DNA of 64,000 nucleotides from an uncultured Peptococcaceae bacterium (GTDB lineage Bacteria > Bacillota > DSM-12270 > Thermacetogeniales > Thermacetogeniaceae): the NCBI GenBank assembly GCA_963807495.1, contig CAWEDD010000005.1, positions 28,953 through 92,952 on the forward strand, written 5' to 3'. The position numbers and the translations under genes are program-made. This document shows positions 49,960 through 60,564 of the stretch, piece after piece; the first letter of the stretch is position 1, and every line of letters starts with the position of its first letter. The notes beneath the pieces were generated by a model, which did no database searches, was not told where the DNA came from, and saw nothing but the letters and a program-made list of their open reading frames with translations.

Positions 49960-50216
49960 TCTCAAAATGATGAGTGGGAAGAGTAGGCTGGGATTGGATT
50001 CAGCGAGCCGGAACAGGTGGGAGCCGGTGTCCAGGAACAGTGGAAGATCGCCCACGAGTGCCTCCCGAAGACGCTCCAGCAGCGTTGTGTAGGCAGGGCC
50101 GGCAGGAGACCGTTAATTCCCGAAGAGAGCGCTGTGGCTGACGATACAGCGCAATAAGGGTGGTACCGCGGGAACATCTCGCCCCTGGTGACGGGAGAGG
50201 GTTCCTTTATTTTTTA
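49960..50216 (+). promoter_or_regulatory. T-box riboswitch leader (Ile specifier) with terminator
   Basis: Stem I elements are AGCGA plus the distal-loop motif GGTGGGA (about 50001-50022). The candidate specifier is ATC (50047-50049). The T-box sequence is AATAAGGGTGGTACCGCGGGA (50153-50173). The terminator hairpin GGAACATCTCGCCC/GGGAGAGGGTTCC (50171-50205) is followed by TTTATTTTTT. It sits directly upstream of ileS. Confidence 0.85.
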
Positions 50217-50270
50217 CAGGAACGGGGACACGACCTTTTCTGAGGAATGCCCCCAGAATGAGGTGGCATC

Positions 50271-53111
50271 ATGGATTACAAGGAAACTATAAACCTGCCG
50301 CGTACTGACTTTCCCATGAAGGCGAACCTGCCCCAGCGTGAGCCGGAAATGCTTGAGCGCTGGGACGAGATGAAGATCTACCAGCAGGTGCAGCAGCATT
50401 CCAGCGGCAGATCTAAGTTCATACTTCACGACGGCCCCCCCTATGCCAATGGGGATATTCATATGGGCACGACCCTGAACAAGATCCTCAAGGACATGGT
50501 GGTCAAGTACCGGACGATGGCCGGATACGATGCCCCCTATGTTCCCGGTTGGGATACCCACGGCCTGCCTATCGAGCACCAGGCAATCAAGTCTCTGGGA
50601 GTGGACCGGCACCAGATCGACGTGTTGGAGTTCCGGCGCTTGTGCAAGGAGTATGCCCTGAAGTACGTCGGTATACAGCGCGAGGAGTTCAAGCGGCTTG
50701 GGGTCAGGGGCGACTGGGACCATCCTTATCTGACGTTGGAGCCGGCCTATGAAGCGGTGCAGATCGGCATCTTCGGCGAGATGGCCAAGCGCGGTTTCAT
50801 CTACAAGGGTTTAAAACCGGTATATTGGTGTGCGGACTGCGAGACCGCCCTGGCCGAGGCGGAGGTGGAGTACCAGGAGAAGACATCTCCCTCCATCTAC
50901 GTGTTGTTTACCGTAAAGGACAGCCGGGGCCTGTTCCCGGTAGATGACCACACTTTCATCCTGATCTGGACCACCACGCCCTGGACTCTGCCGGGCAACA
51001 CTGCCATCAGCGTGCATCCCGACTTTACCTACCTGCTGATTGACCTGAATGGCAGGAAGATCCTGATGGCTGAGGAGATGCTGCCCCAGGTGCTGGCCTT
51101 GCCTGTCGGCAGGGATGAGGAATATCAGCCCGGACAGACGTCCGCTTTAGCAGGCCCGGCGCGGCTGGGAGCCTGGAAAGGCAGGGAACTGGAAGGGATC
51201 CGCTGCTTCCATCCACTTTACGGGGAACGGGAGTCGGTGGTGGTGCTCGGAGAGCATGTCACCCTGGAGCAGGGCACCGGAGCGGTGCATACTGCACCGG
51301 CGCACGGCATGGAGGACTTCGAGGTCTGCCAGGCCTATAAGATCCCGGTGGTCTCCCTGGTGGATGGCAGTGGCAGATTCATTTCCGAAGCCGGTCTGTT
51401 TGCGGGGCAGCGAGTTTGGGATGCCAACCGGAGCGTGATCGCTGAGCTGAAAGATAAAGGCCTGCTCTACTATCAGGAGGCCATCAGCCATCAGTATCCA
51501 CACTGCTGGAGGTGCAAACAGCCGCTGCTGTTCAGGGCAACCGAGCAGTGGTTCGCCTCGGTGGACGGTTTCCGGAGCGAGGCGCTCCGGGAGATCGAAC
51601 GGGTGACTTGGATTCCTGAGTGGGGCAAGGATCGCATCTACAACATGGTAGCTGAGCGGGGGGACTGGTGCGTCTCCCGCCAGCGCGTCTGGGGCGTTCC
51701 CATCCCGATCTTTTACTGCGGCCAGTGCGGCAAGACTATCATCAACGACCAGACTATTGCCCGCCTGCAGGATCTCTTCCGCAGCCATGGCTCGGACATC
51801 TGGTTCGAGAAGCCGGCGACGGAGTTGCTGCCGCCCGGGTACACATGTCCTGACTGTCAGGGCCGGGATTTTAGAAAAGAGAGCGATATCATGGATGTCT
51901 GGTTTGACTCTGGTTCCAGCCACGCAGCGGTGCTTGAGCAGCGCCCCGGCCTGAGATGGCCCGCGGACCTCTACCTTGAGGGCAGCGACCAGCACCGCGG
52001 CTGGTTCAACTCTTCCTTGTGCACCTCCGTTGCCACCAGGGGCGTCGCCCCCTACAAGGCCGTGTTGACCCACGGCTTTGTCATTGATGAGGAGGGGCGG
52101 AAGATGTCCAAGTCTCTTGGGAACGTAATCATTCCCCAGGACGTGATCGGGCAGTATGGCGCAGATGTGCTGCGGCTGTGGGTCGCCTCCTCGGACTACC
52201 GCAGCGACGTAGTGGTTTCCAAGGCGATCATGGCCCAGTTGGCGGAGGCTTACCGCAAGATCCGCAACACTTTCCGCTTCCTGCTGGGGAACCTGTACGA
52301 CTTTGACCCGAATCGCGATGGCCTGCCCTATCATGAGCTGGGCCCGCTGGACAAGTGGGCGCTGCTGAGGCTGCACCAGCTGATCCAGCGGGTGACCAGG
52401 GCTTACGAAGAGTATGAGCTGCATGTGGTTTACCATGCGATCTCCAACTTCTGCGTGGTCGACATGAGCTCTTTCTACCTGGACGTGGCGAAAGACACTC
52501 TTTACTGTGCTGCAGCCGCCTCCAGGGAGCGGCGCGGGATTCAGACAGGGCTCTATGAGATCGCCAGCGCCCTGGCCAGGCTGCTCTCTCCAGTGCTCAG
52601 CTTCACCATGGAAGAGGTCTGGGGATACCTGCCAGGGGGAACAGAACTGGCCGCCAGCGTGCAGCTGGCCTCCTTGCCCCAGGCGGAACGAGGCTGCCTC
52701 GATCCGGCCCTTGAGGCCAGGTGGGAGCGGATTTTGAGCGTCCGTGAGGAGATCAACCGGGCTCTCGAGGAGTCCCGGAAGCAGAAGCTGATCGGTGCCT
52801 CTACCGAAGCCGAGATCGCTCTCTATCCCGAGAATGAGGAGACAGCCGCCCTGCTGCAAGGGATCGAGGATGAACTGAAGAGGCTCCTGATCGTTTCCCG
52901 CGTAAGGGTGCACGCCTCCTGGGAGGCCGCGCCGGCCGGCATGACAGTCAGCAACAGCTCCGACTTCAAGATCTCCGTGCAGAAAGCCGCCGCACCGAAA
53001 TGCATCCGTTGCTGGCTGCATGACGAATCTGTAGGTTCGCATGCCGAACATCCGCTGCTGTGTGAGCGCTGTTACAGCGTGATCGGCAGCACTGATCAGC
53101 CCGGCGCTTAG
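50271..53111 (+). CDS. ileS: Isoleucine--tRNA ligase
   Basis: This is an intact 946-aa ORF with [12 protein letters not shown] (the HIGH region), GWDTHGLP, the CP1 editing domain, KMSKSLGN and C-terminal Zn-binding cysteines (CIRCW....CERC). Confidence 0.95.
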   Translation: MDYKETINLPRTDFPMKANLPQREPEMLERWDEMKIYQQVQQHSSGRSKFILHDGPPYANGDIHMGTTLNKILKDMVVKYRTMAGYDAPYVPGWDTHGLPIEHQAIKSLGVDRHQIDVLEFRRLCKEYALKYVGIQREEFKRLGVRGDWDHPYLTLEPAYEAVQIGIFGEMAKRGFIYKGLKPVYWCADCETALAEAEVEYQEKTSPSIYVLFTVKDSRGLFPVDDHTFILIWTTTPWTLPGNTAISVHPDFTYLLIDLNGRKILMAEEMLPQVLALPVGRDEEYQPGQTSALAGPARLGAWKGRELEGIRCFHPLYGERESVVVLGEHVTLEQGTGAVHTAPAHGMEDFEVCQAYKIPVVSLVDGSGRFISEAGLFAGQRVWDANRSVIAELKDKGLLYYQEAISHQYPHCWRCKQPLLFRATEQWFASVDGFRSEALREIERVTWIPEWGKDRIYNMVAERGDWCVSRQRVWGVPIPIFYCGQCGKTIINDQTIARLQDLFRSHGSDIWFEKPATELLPPGYTCPDCQGRDFRKESDIMDVWFDSGSSHAAVLEQRPGLRWPADLYLEGSDQHRGWFNSSLCTSVATRGVAPYKAVLTHGFVIDEEGRKMSKSLGNVIIPQDVIGQYGADVLRLWVASSDYRSDVVVSKAIMAQLAEAYRKIRNTFRFLLGNLYDFDPNRDGLPYHELGPLDKWALLRLHQLIQRVTRAYEEYELHVVYHAISNFCVVDMSSFYLDVAKDTLYCAAAASRERRGIQTGLYEIASALARLLSPVLSFTMEEVWGYLPGGTELAASVQLASLPQAERGCLDPALEARWERILSVREEINRALEESRKQKLIGASTEAEIALYPENEETAALLQGIEDELKRLLIVSRVRVHASWEAAPAGMTVSNSSDFKISVQKAAAPKCIRCWLHDESVGSHAEHPLLCERCYSVIGSTDQPGA

Positions 53112-53173
53112 GCTCGATCGGAAGCATTATTGAAAACGTTCTTTTTGGGCAGAATTTAATCAGGGGAATAACC

Positions 53174-53482
53174 GTGTCTGAGGTCAGTGCGGGCCTGATC
53201 GACAGCTTGAAAGACAAGATCGAACAGCTGTCATTGAATCTGGAAAGAATGAAGCTGGCAGAATACGTCGAGTTGCTGAACAGACCCTGGCATCTGTTCT
53301 ATATCAATTTCATGTCCGGGTTGGCCCGGGGGCTGGGTATTGCCGTAGGCTTCACCATACTCAGCGCCCTCGTCCTGATCCTGCTGCAGCGGTTGATGAT
53401 ATTAAATCTGCCGGTAGTGAGCAACTTTATCGCGGAGATCGTACGGCTGGTACAGTTGCAACTGAAAGTGCGCAGCATCTGA
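53174..53482 (+). CDS. Small membrane protein (DUF5665-like)
   Basis: It has a GTG start, LERMKLAEYVELLNRPWHLFYINFMSGLARGLGIAVGFTILSALVLILLQ, and two TM helices. The family call is from memory of the motif and is not verified. Confidence 0.45.
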   Translation: MSEVSAGLIDSLKDKIEQLSLNLERMKLAEYVELLNRPWHLFYINFMSGLARGLGIAVGFTILSALVLILLQRLMILNLPVVSNFIAEIVRLVQLQLKVRSI

Positions 53483-53658
53483 ATCATGAATGATCCGCGT
53501 TCCGTGTTCCTTGCCCCAAAAAATGTGCCAGAGAAAGTGCACTGCTTTGGAACCGGGAATGGAACGACAGCCGGCAGCGCTGAGACATCAACGAAAGGCC
53601 TCGCGCTGCAACCAACCGCCTGAGGAGCTGTTTTTAGCTCCGGAAATGGGGTGCGATT

Positions 53659-54315
53659 TTGGATCAGAAAGAGCTCGAACATTATCGTCAAAGATTGGAA
53701 GCAGAACGAAGAGAGGAGCTCGGGCGCCTGGAACGGCTGAATCAGGGCCTGCTGGGAGAGGACCAGCGGGATTCACTATCTGAACTGTCGCTGTGCGATA
53801 ATCATCCTGCGGATATAGCGACCGAAACCTTTGAACGAAGCAAGGATATCGGTCTGAAAGACCGCGGCAGGGTGCAGCTGTCCAAGATTGACGAGGCTCT
53901 GGCAAGCATCTCCGACGGCACCTACGGTACCTGTGCGCAGTGTGGAGCCAGGATACCGGAGGAGAGGCTGGAGTCAGTGCCGGACACCAGAACCTGCATC
54001 AGTTGCCAGCAGGCCAGGGACTCCCAGGACCGGGCCCGGATCCGCCCGGTAGAGGAACAGGTGATTGCCATGCCCTTCGGAGGCGTTCCCGGGGGTGACA
54101 ACTCCGAAAACAACATGTATGATGGGAAAGACAGCTGGGAGGATGTTGCCGGATACGGCACATCATCGGATACAGTGAGTCATGACGAGAATGAGAACGT
54201 TCAGGAAGCCGGCGACAGCGTGGATAAAATACCATACCGCCGCAGCCGGGATGGCATTCTTTACCAGGATCTGCTGGGCAGAGACGACGAGAGGCCGCCT
54301 GGGGGGCCGGTTTAG
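53659..54315 (+). CDS. DksA/TraR C4-type zinc-finger protein (YlyA/YteA-like)
   Basis: It has a coiled-coil N-terminus and the zinc finger GTCAQCGARIPEERLESVPDTRTCISCQ. Its position downstream of ileS and upstream of lspA matches ylyA in B. subtilis. Confidence 0.75.
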   Translation: MDQKELEHYRQRLEAERREELGRLERLNQGLLGEDQRDSLSELSLCDNHPADIATETFERSKDIGLKDRGRVQLSKIDEALASISDGTYGTCAQCGARIPEERLESVPDTRTCISCQQARDSQDRARIRPVEEQVIAMPFGGVPGGDNSENNMYDGKDSWEDVAGYGTSSDTVSHDENENVQEAGDSVDKIPYRRSRDGILYQDLLGRDDERPPGGPV

Positions 54316-54386
54316 GTATAGTGTCTTTGAGGGCCGGGGATAGGGTCATGTCCGCCCCGGACCCAGGGGCCGGTCGGGTTAGTGTC

Positions 54387-55565
54387 ATGAGAATCGGATT
54401 TTTTGCGGATAGCTACAGACCCTATGTCAGCGGGGTAGTTCAGTCCATAGACACTTTTGCCGATGAACTGAGGCGCCGCGGACATTTCGTTCAGGTTTTC
54501 GCGCCCAGCTATCCACACAGCAGCGCCATCGACGACGAATATGTCTATCGCTTTCCCTCCTTCCATACGCCGTTTTATCCGGAGTTCTATATCGGGATGC
54601 CCATCCCCTGGCCGGCGATGGAGTATGTCCGCTCACTGCAGCTGGACATCATCCATGCCCACTCCCCCTTTCTGCTGGGGCAGCTGGGCGCTTTATTCGC
54701 GAAGCAGTTCAGGGTTCCCCTCGTCTTTACCTACCACACCCTTTACGAACAGTACGTGCATTATTTTCCATTTGCGAGAGGCCTCTCCCAGAAAACGGTG
54801 CTGACCGTCGCCAAACAGTTTTGCAATAGGTGCGACCTGGTGGTCACTCCGACCAGGGTGATCCAGCAGCTATTGCAGACGTATGGTGTGAACAGGCAGA
54901 TTGTTCCCATTCCCACGGGCATCGAGATCGCCATGTTTGAGTCCGGAGCCCCTGGCTTGTTGCGGGAGCGCTTCCGGATCGGGCCGGAGCAGCAGATCCT
55001 CTTGTTCATCGGCCGCCTGGGCAAAGAGAAGAACCTGGATTCTCTATTCCGGATCTTCAGCAGAGTCCTGGAGCAAGACAGCAATGTCATCCTGCTGCTG
55101 GCAGGAAGCGGCCCTGCGGAGGATGAGCTCCACGATCTGGCTCAACAGATGGGAATCGGCTCCAAAGTGGTTTTTACCGGCCGCCTGTCCCGGGCTGAAG
55201 TGGCTTCAGCATACAGGGGGGCCGATCTGTTTGTGTTCCCTTCTGTCACCGAAACTCAGGGCTTGGTGCTGGTGGAGGCGATGGCTGCCGGCCTGGTCGT
55301 GGTGGCCAGTTCTGCATCGGTGTCCGAGGAGATCGTGGAGGACGGAAGCACCGGCTTTCTCTGTGCCGGCGAGGACGGTTTTGTGGAGCGGATCATGATG
55401 CTGCTGCAGGAACCCGGGCTAAAAAAGAGGATCTCCACAGCTGCCGCCGCCAGAGCCGGCAATTTGACTGCGGACAGGATGGCGATCCGCCTGGAGAGAG
55501 CGTATCAAGCCTTGCTTGCCGGAGATCGCCAGGCGCTCGAGACGATGTCCCTGGATAGACTGTGA
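54387..55565 (+). CDS. Family 4 (GT-B) glycosyltransferase
   Basis: It has MRIGFFADSYRPYVSGV, DIIHAHSPF and the EX7E region PSVTETQGLVLVEAMAAG. The start is taken at ATG 54387. Confidence 0.8.
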   Translation: MRIGFFADSYRPYVSGVVQSIDTFADELRRRGHFVQVFAPSYPHSSAIDDEYVYRFPSFHTPFYPEFYIGMPIPWPAMEYVRSLQLDIIHAHSPFLLGQLGALFAKQFRVPLVFTYHTLYEQYVHYFPFARGLSQKTVLTVAKQFCNRCDLVVTPTRVIQQLLQTYGVNRQIVPIPTGIEIAMFESGAPGLLRERFRIGPEQQILLFIGRLGKEKNLDSLFRIFSRVLEQDSNVILLLAGSGPAEDELHDLAQQMGIGSKVVFTGRLSRAEVASAYRGADLFVFPSVTETQGLVLVEAMAAGLVVVASSASVSEEIVEDGSTGFLCAGEDGFVERIMMLLQEPGLKKRISTAAAARAGNLTADRMAIRLERAYQALLAGDRQALETMSLDRL

Positions 55566-55604
55566 TCGCTTCAGCGAAACTTTTAACTGGGGGAGGCAAC
55601 CTTT

Positions 55605-56060
55605 TTGTGGCTGTTCGGAATCGTGGCGCTGGTGATCCTGGCGGCTGATCAACTGACCAAATGGCTGGTGGCAGTTCATCTTCAGCCGGGTGAATCCCTG
55701 GCGGTCGTACCGCACCTGCTGCAGTTGACTTATGTGCAAAATCACGGAGGCGCCTTCGGCATTCTGGCCTACCAGTCTGACAAGTTTGTCTGGCTCGGCC
55801 TGGCGCTGGCGCTGGCGCTGGTCGCCGCCACTTTTTACCTGGGCGATGACAATCGAGTTCTGACCCTCAGCCTGGCATTCCTGACCGGGGGCATTCTGGG
55901 CAACCTGGTGGATCGTTTGCGCGCCGGATACGTGGTCGACTTCCTGGACGTTCATATCTGGCCGGTATTCAATGTGGCGGACTGTTTCATCTGTATCGGG
56001 GCGGCATTGCTGATCTATGCATTGCTGTTCTCTGCCGACCGCAGAAAGGGGGGTGCGTAA
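55605..56060 (+). CDS. lspA: Lipoprotein signal peptidase (signal peptidase II)
   Basis: It has DQLTKW, NHGGAFG, GNLVDRLRAGYVVDF and FNVADCFICIGA. Confidence 0.9.
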   Translation: MWLFGIVALVILAADQLTKWLVAVHLQPGESLAVVPHLLQLTYVQNHGGAFGILAYQSDKFVWLGLALALALVAATFYLGDDNRVLTLSLAFLTGGILGNLVDRLRAGYVVDFLDVHIWPVFNVADCFICIGAALLIYALLFSADRRKGGA

Positions 56061-57007
56061 TGTGCCAGACGCATCGTTTGGCAACTCCCCCGGAGGCGGC
56101 CGGGCTGCGCCTGGATCAGTTCCTGGCAGGACAGGAGCCCTGCCCGAGCAGGAGCCAGGCCCAGCGCCTGATCGATAGGGACCTGGTCCTGGTAAACGGA
56201 AAGCCGGCGCGCTCGAGCCATAGACTGCAGCCAGGGGATCTGATCGAGATCACAGTGCTGCCCCCGGAAGAAGTTGCGCTCGTAGCGGAGCCGATTCCCC
56301 TCGACATCGTTTACGAGGATGCGGATCTGTTGGTGGTGAACAAGCCGGCAGGGCTGGTGGTACACCCGGCGGTAGGCCACGCCAGGGGCACTCTTGTAAA
56401 TGCGCTGCTCGCTCACTGCCCCGAATTGCCCGGAATCGGAGGCTACCTACGACCGGGGATTGTCCACCGCCTGGACAAGGACACATCGGGGCTGCTGCTG
56501 GTGAGCAAGTCCGATCTGGCTCACAGAGGCCTGGCGGCCCAGCTGAAGGACCGCCGGATTAAAAGAAGATACCTCGCCCTAGTACACGGCGAGGTGCGTT
56601 TCGAACAGGGCTGCATCGATGCCCCCCTGGGCCGGGATCCCCGGAATCGCAAGAAGATGGCGGTGGTTGCCGGTGGGCGCCAGGCCCGCACTCATTATCG
56701 CATCCGGGAGAGGCTCCATGGCTACACCCTCCTGGACGTGGAACTGGAGACCGGGCGCACGCATCAAATCCGGGTGCACCTTGCCTTTATCGGTCACCCG
56801 GTGGCCGGCGACCCGGTCTACGGACACCGCCCGCCAAGGCAGGCACCCGGCCCCCGCAAAAACGGGCACCCGGCCCTGAACCTGCCAGGACAGGCGCTCC
56901 ATGCTTACCGCATCGCCTTTGCCCATCCCCGAACCGGTGAGCCCCTCGCCTTCGAGGCCCCGCTGCCACCGGTATTCAGCGCCGCCCTAGACCTTCTGCG
57001 CTCCTGA
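56060..57007 (+). CDS. rluD: RluA-family 23S rRNA pseudouridine synthase (RluD-like)
   Basis: It has an S4 domain (RLDQFLA....SRSQAQRLI....VLVNGK) and the catalytic HRLDKDTSGLLLV and GRTHQIRVHL. Confidence 0.9.
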   Translation: MCQTHRLATPPEAAGLRLDQFLAGQEPCPSRSQAQRLIDRDLVLVNGKPARSSHRLQPGDLIEITVLPPEEVALVAEPIPLDIVYEDADLLVVNKPAGLVVHPAVGHARGTLVNALLAHCPELPGIGGYLRPGIVHRLDKDTSGLLLVSKSDLAHRGLAAQLKDRRIKRRYLALVHGEVRFEQGCIDAPLGRDPRNRKKMAVVAGGRQARTHYRIRERLHGYTLLDVELETGRTHQIRVHLAFIGHPVAGDPVYGHRPPRQAPGPRKNGHPALNLPGQALHAYRIAFAHPRTGEPLAFEAPLPPVFSAALDLLRS

Positions 57008-57028
57008 GATCCCGCTCCCTTCATCTGG

Positions 57029-58243
57029 TCAGGGAGTATCGCGAAACAGAAACAGCTCCGTTGCACTTCTTTTTATAGTATTGCCAAGACGCATTCCGGC
57101 TTCGCGGGCGGCAGCCAGCTCCTGTTCGTCAGGTATGTAAAGGAGGTTGATTATCTCCTCCGGCATCTCCCAGCCCATCTCCTTGATAGCATCCGCTACC
57201 CCCCGGGCACCCTGGCCGCCCCAGCCGTCGGACCCGAAAGCCATGCCGATCCTGTGTTTGGGTCGCAGCCCCTTGAGGTACGTGAGCAGGGAGCCGATGG
57301 AAGGCAGCATGCCGTTGTTGAGAGTGGCGGTGCCGATCAGGATCGCCTTTGAGGTCAACACTTCAGGTATGACCTCAGATATATGATTGGTCTGGAGAAA
57401 CTTCATGGTGACCGGCACCCCGGCTGCCTCCAGCCCCTCCTGCAGGGCATAGGCGATCTTCTGCGTGGAGCCCCACATGGTATCGTAGACGATCACGGCC
57501 TTGGGGTCCGATTCGTTGTTTGCCCAGCGCTGATAGACAGTTAAAAGCTGGGGGATGTATGAGCGCCAGATCAGCCCGTGGCTGGGAGCGATCATATCGA
57601 TCGGCAGCGACCCCACAACTTCCAGGGCGCTGCCCACCTGTTCGCCATAAGGAAAGACGATGTTGGCGTAGTACTTGGCAGCCTCCTCGTGGACGATATC
57701 CCAGCCCAGCTCGTCGTCGAAGCGTGCGGCGCTAGCTATGTGCTGACCGAAGGCATCGTTGGGAAGCAGCAGCTTCTGGTCGGGGATATAGGTGACCATT
57801 GAATCCGGCCAGTGCACCATCGGCGTGTGCACGAACTTCAGAGTGCGCTGCCCCAGCTTAAGTTCGTCGCCGGAGTTGACGATCATGTAGTCCCATGACT
57901 TCTTGTAGTGACGGTCCAGTCCCTTCTGGCCCTTGGGCGAGGTGACTATCTTGATCTGGGGGGCGGCTTCCAGCAGCTTGGGCACGCTGCCGGAGTGGTC
58001 CATCTCCACGTGGTTGACCACCAGGTAGTCGATCTTGGCCGGGTCGACCACCTCCTTGACCCTGCTCCACATCTCGTCGAACAGGTAGTGCTTCACGGTG
58101 TCCACCAGTACGATCTTCTCGTCAATGATCAGGTAGGAGTTGTAAGTAGTGCCGCGGGGGGTGAGGTAGCCATGGAAGTACCTCAAGTTCCAGTCGATGC
58201 CTCCGACCCAAAAAACTCCGGGCTTGATCTCCAAGGGCTTCAT
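57029..58243 (-). CDS. FprA-family flavodiiron protein (O2/NO reductase)
   Basis: This is an intact 404-aa ORF. It has a metallo-beta-lactamase-like diiron domain (NSYLIIDEKIVLVDT, VVNHVEMDHSG) and a C-terminal flavodoxin domain (AVIVYDTMWGSTQKIA). Confidence 0.9.
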   Translation of the reverse strand: MKPLEIKPGVFWVGGIDWNLRYFHGYLTPRGTTYNSYLIIDEKIVLVDTVKHYLFDEMWSRVKEVVDPAKIDYLVVNHVEMDHSGSVPKLLEAAPQIKIVTSPKGQKGLDRHYKKSWDYMIVNSGDELKLGQRTLKFVHTPMVHWPDSMVTYIPDQKLLLPNDAFGQHIASAARFDDELGWDIVHEEAAKYYANIVFPYGEQVGSALEVVGSLPIDMIAPSHGLIWRSYIPQLLTVYQRWANNESDPKAVIVYDTMWGSTQKIAYALQEGLEAAGVPVTMKFLQTNHISEVIPEVLTSKAILIGTATLNNGMLPSIGSLLTYLKGLRPKHRIGMAFGSDGWGGQGARGVADAIKEMGWEMPEEIINLLYIPDEQELAAAREAGMRLGNTIKRSATELFLFRDTP

Positions 58244-58513
58244 TAAATCTCCTCCTTAGCGTTTTTATTGTTCAAAAATATCAAGGGGATACATCTCCTG
58301 ATCCCAGGACTGCTCTATTTATTCCGGAGATTTTACCATTGATCTGGAAAGGCAGAAAGCTGCCGGCAAGAATTCCACCAGCCGGTGCCGATTTAATGCC
58401 CGGTGCAGTTTTTAATGCTATGAGGCGATATGCGGAGGGTTTCTAGGGGGTCTACCGTCAACTTTACTCCAAGATACCCGGAGTGTCAATTCAACAGACT
58501 TTTAGGTGGTGGG

Positions 58514-59347
58514 TCATTTTGAATTTTCCAACAATTCCACAATATCCAGACATGTCCAAACTCGATTCGTTATTCCAGCAGCAATAGCCGGAGTCGTTTT
58601 TAATGTCTTATGAACACGGCAGAAATTGTAATACATAAAATGCAAGGATACAGCCGCCTCTAAGTTCTCAATCTTCTTTGAAAAGGCATTCGTCAATCTC
58701 GTAAACCGCCTCATGCCCATTCTCATAGTCAAGTTCTGCCTTTCAACATAACTGGTTGATATATGAGTGGGATCGGGATTGCCTTGAACTTTCTCAGCTA
58801 TAACACCTGTGCATATAGCTGGACTATATCTTACTTCTCTCTTTTCCTCATTGCCGTAAAGCTTGATCAAAATAGCGTAATCAATATCGCTACCGAATAC
58901 ACTTTCCACTGCACTTAAATATGCCCTGTGTCCATCAGTGGTCAGTTGAACCCTATTTGAAAGGCGACCTGCAAGATCCTTTATGAATCTCGTGGCATCA
59001 TACAGATCACGCTTGCCAACCAGCCAGGAGGGAACTAATTTGGTGTCCGCGCATATTGCGGTGAACGTCCAAACATCACCGAACCCTAAAATACCTTTTA
59101 CTTCTTTAGGCACGTTCTTTTCTTTTGCATAACAGAACGACCATATTTCATCACACTGGATACGCTTGCAGGGTAAATTCCTAAACGCTTCATCTTGATA
59201 TTTTGCACAGGCTTGCCCAGCTTGATTTAATAAGCGCAAGACAGTGCCTTTTGCCGTATTGGTCATTCGGCAAGTTGCTAGTACTGAATTGCCCTCGATT
59301 AAAGCCTGTATTACCTGTGCTCTTTGGGTAACGCTTAATCTGTTCAT
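58514..59347 (-). CDS. IS1-family DDE transposase (single ORF, N-terminal HTH)
   Basis: It has MNRLSVTQRAQVIQALIEGNS (the HTH), CDEIWSF, LTTDGHRAY and SYVERQNLTMRMGMRRFTRLTNAFSKK, a pattern typical of IS1-type transposases. Its stop lies inside IR-L. Confidence 0.8.
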   Translation of the reverse strand: MNRLSVTQRAQVIQALIEGNSVLATCRMTNTAKGTVLRLLNQAGQACAKYQDEAFRNLPCKRIQCDEIWSFCYAKEKNVPKEVKGILGFGDVWTFTAICADTKLVPSWLVGKRDLYDATRFIKDLAGRLSNRVQLTTDGHRAYLSAVESVFGSDIDYAILIKLYGNEEKREVRYSPAICTGVIAEKVQGNPDPTHISTSYVERQNLTMRMGMRRFTRLTNAFSKKIENLEAAVSLHFMYYNFCRVHKTLKTTPAIAAGITNRVWTCLDIVELLENSK

Positions 59348-59353
59348 ACTTCT

Positions 59354-59382
59354 ATTATACTTGAGCGCTCAAGCATTGTCAA
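59354..59382 (-). promoter_or_regulatory. Consensus sigma-A promoter of the transposase with a palindromic operator in the spacer
   Basis: On the minus strand: TTGACA (59382-59377), a 17-nt spacer containing the perfect 14-bp palindrome CTTGAGCGCTCAAG (59360-59373), then TATAAT (59359-54). The ATG lies only 6 nt downstream, which would make the mRNA leaderless or nearly so. Confidence 0.6.
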
Positions 59383-59478
59383 CAATTATTTCAATAATTT
59401 TATATGATTTTTTGTCTAAAATATAACGACTATCTGTGCAATAATTTCCGATTGATAATTTATTTTTCTCGTCCATGA

Positions 59479-60520
59479 TCACAGAATACTAACTAAATAA
59501 TTGAGTTCTCTTTGATACCTTTCAGCAGAATCATTGACTTGTAATCTTTTCCCTTGAATTTTATGAAAAGACCTTGCTTTTAAGCATTCAATAGGGACAC
59601 TTTTTGCGCCGCTAATTCTCCCTGTTGACATAAAATCATCCGTGATAACAAATGCATCTATTGGATCGTCATAATCAAAAAGATTTTGTACTGATATGCT
59701 AATGACAATGCTCTTTCGATATACATTCTTGACGCGCTTGTCGGGGGTTGATTTGGGTTGGCTTCTTGCTCCAACCATAGTCATAACAATGGCAGCTATC
59801 TTCGGAGAAGGGAGGCCCTCCAGCACGTTTATTCCACATCACAAAGTCTTTTTGTTCGTTAAGAGAAGATCTAGAGTAAGACTAAGAGATTCGATAGAGT
59901 GCTCATCTACGCGGACGGGGACAATGACCGCATCAGCCGCACACCAGGATAAGTGCGTGCCGCCGGAATAAAATGGGCTGGTATCCATTAAAACTTTATC
60001 AGATTTCTTATATTCAGTTTCTTTATCAAGAATATCCTTCAGACATTCTAATAATTTTCTCATGGCGCTAACATTAGATTGCGCATTTGCAATTTGAAGT
60101 TGCTGATATAGGGTTGATGGAAAAGCAAACATCTCCGCATCGCCTGGTATAACATAAGAAATTTTCCCACCCTTGAATGAGTCGCAATAATTACTAATAC
60201 GATATGATATATCTTCTAAAACATCTCCGAATGCAGGCCCCAGAACAAAACAGGCCTCAAAGCTTTTAAAACAGTTATATCTGGACTCTCATTGTGCATT
60301 AGAGATTCTGTTAGATTGCATTGAGGACACAAATCTGCAACCAATAAATGGTGGGATCTTGATATTTTATATGCAAGGTTGAACGCAAGAGTAGACTTAC
60401 CTACTCCCCCCGCAATGTCGATATCGCATAGCTTCTATATTTCAAACCACCTGTCTTCGTGTATCCCTCTTCCGCTACTTTCGCATAAACATCCATAATT
60501 TTTTGTATTTCTCCTGCCAT
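59479..60520 (-). pseudogene. ParA/Soj-like Walker ATPase, disrupted (two frameshifts plus an in-frame TGA)
   Basis: My minus-strand reading starts at ATG 60520 after GGAGG. It has Walker A IAGGVGKSTLAFNLA (frame change near 60417), a second frame change near 60240, an in-frame TGA at 59839-59841, and a ParA-like PFYSGGTHLSWCAADAVIVPVRVDEHSIESL. Confidence 0.7.
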
Positions 60521-60564
60521 TTCTTGTTCCTCCCCTTTTGGTTATTTTATAAAGATAATACCAT

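Noticed and set aside
59839-59841. In-frame TGA in the ParA-like gene as selenocysteine or programmed readthrough
   Set aside because: The gene also has two frameshifts. No SECIS-like hairpin follows the TGA, and ParA ATPases are not selenoproteins. Simple decay is the most economical explanation.
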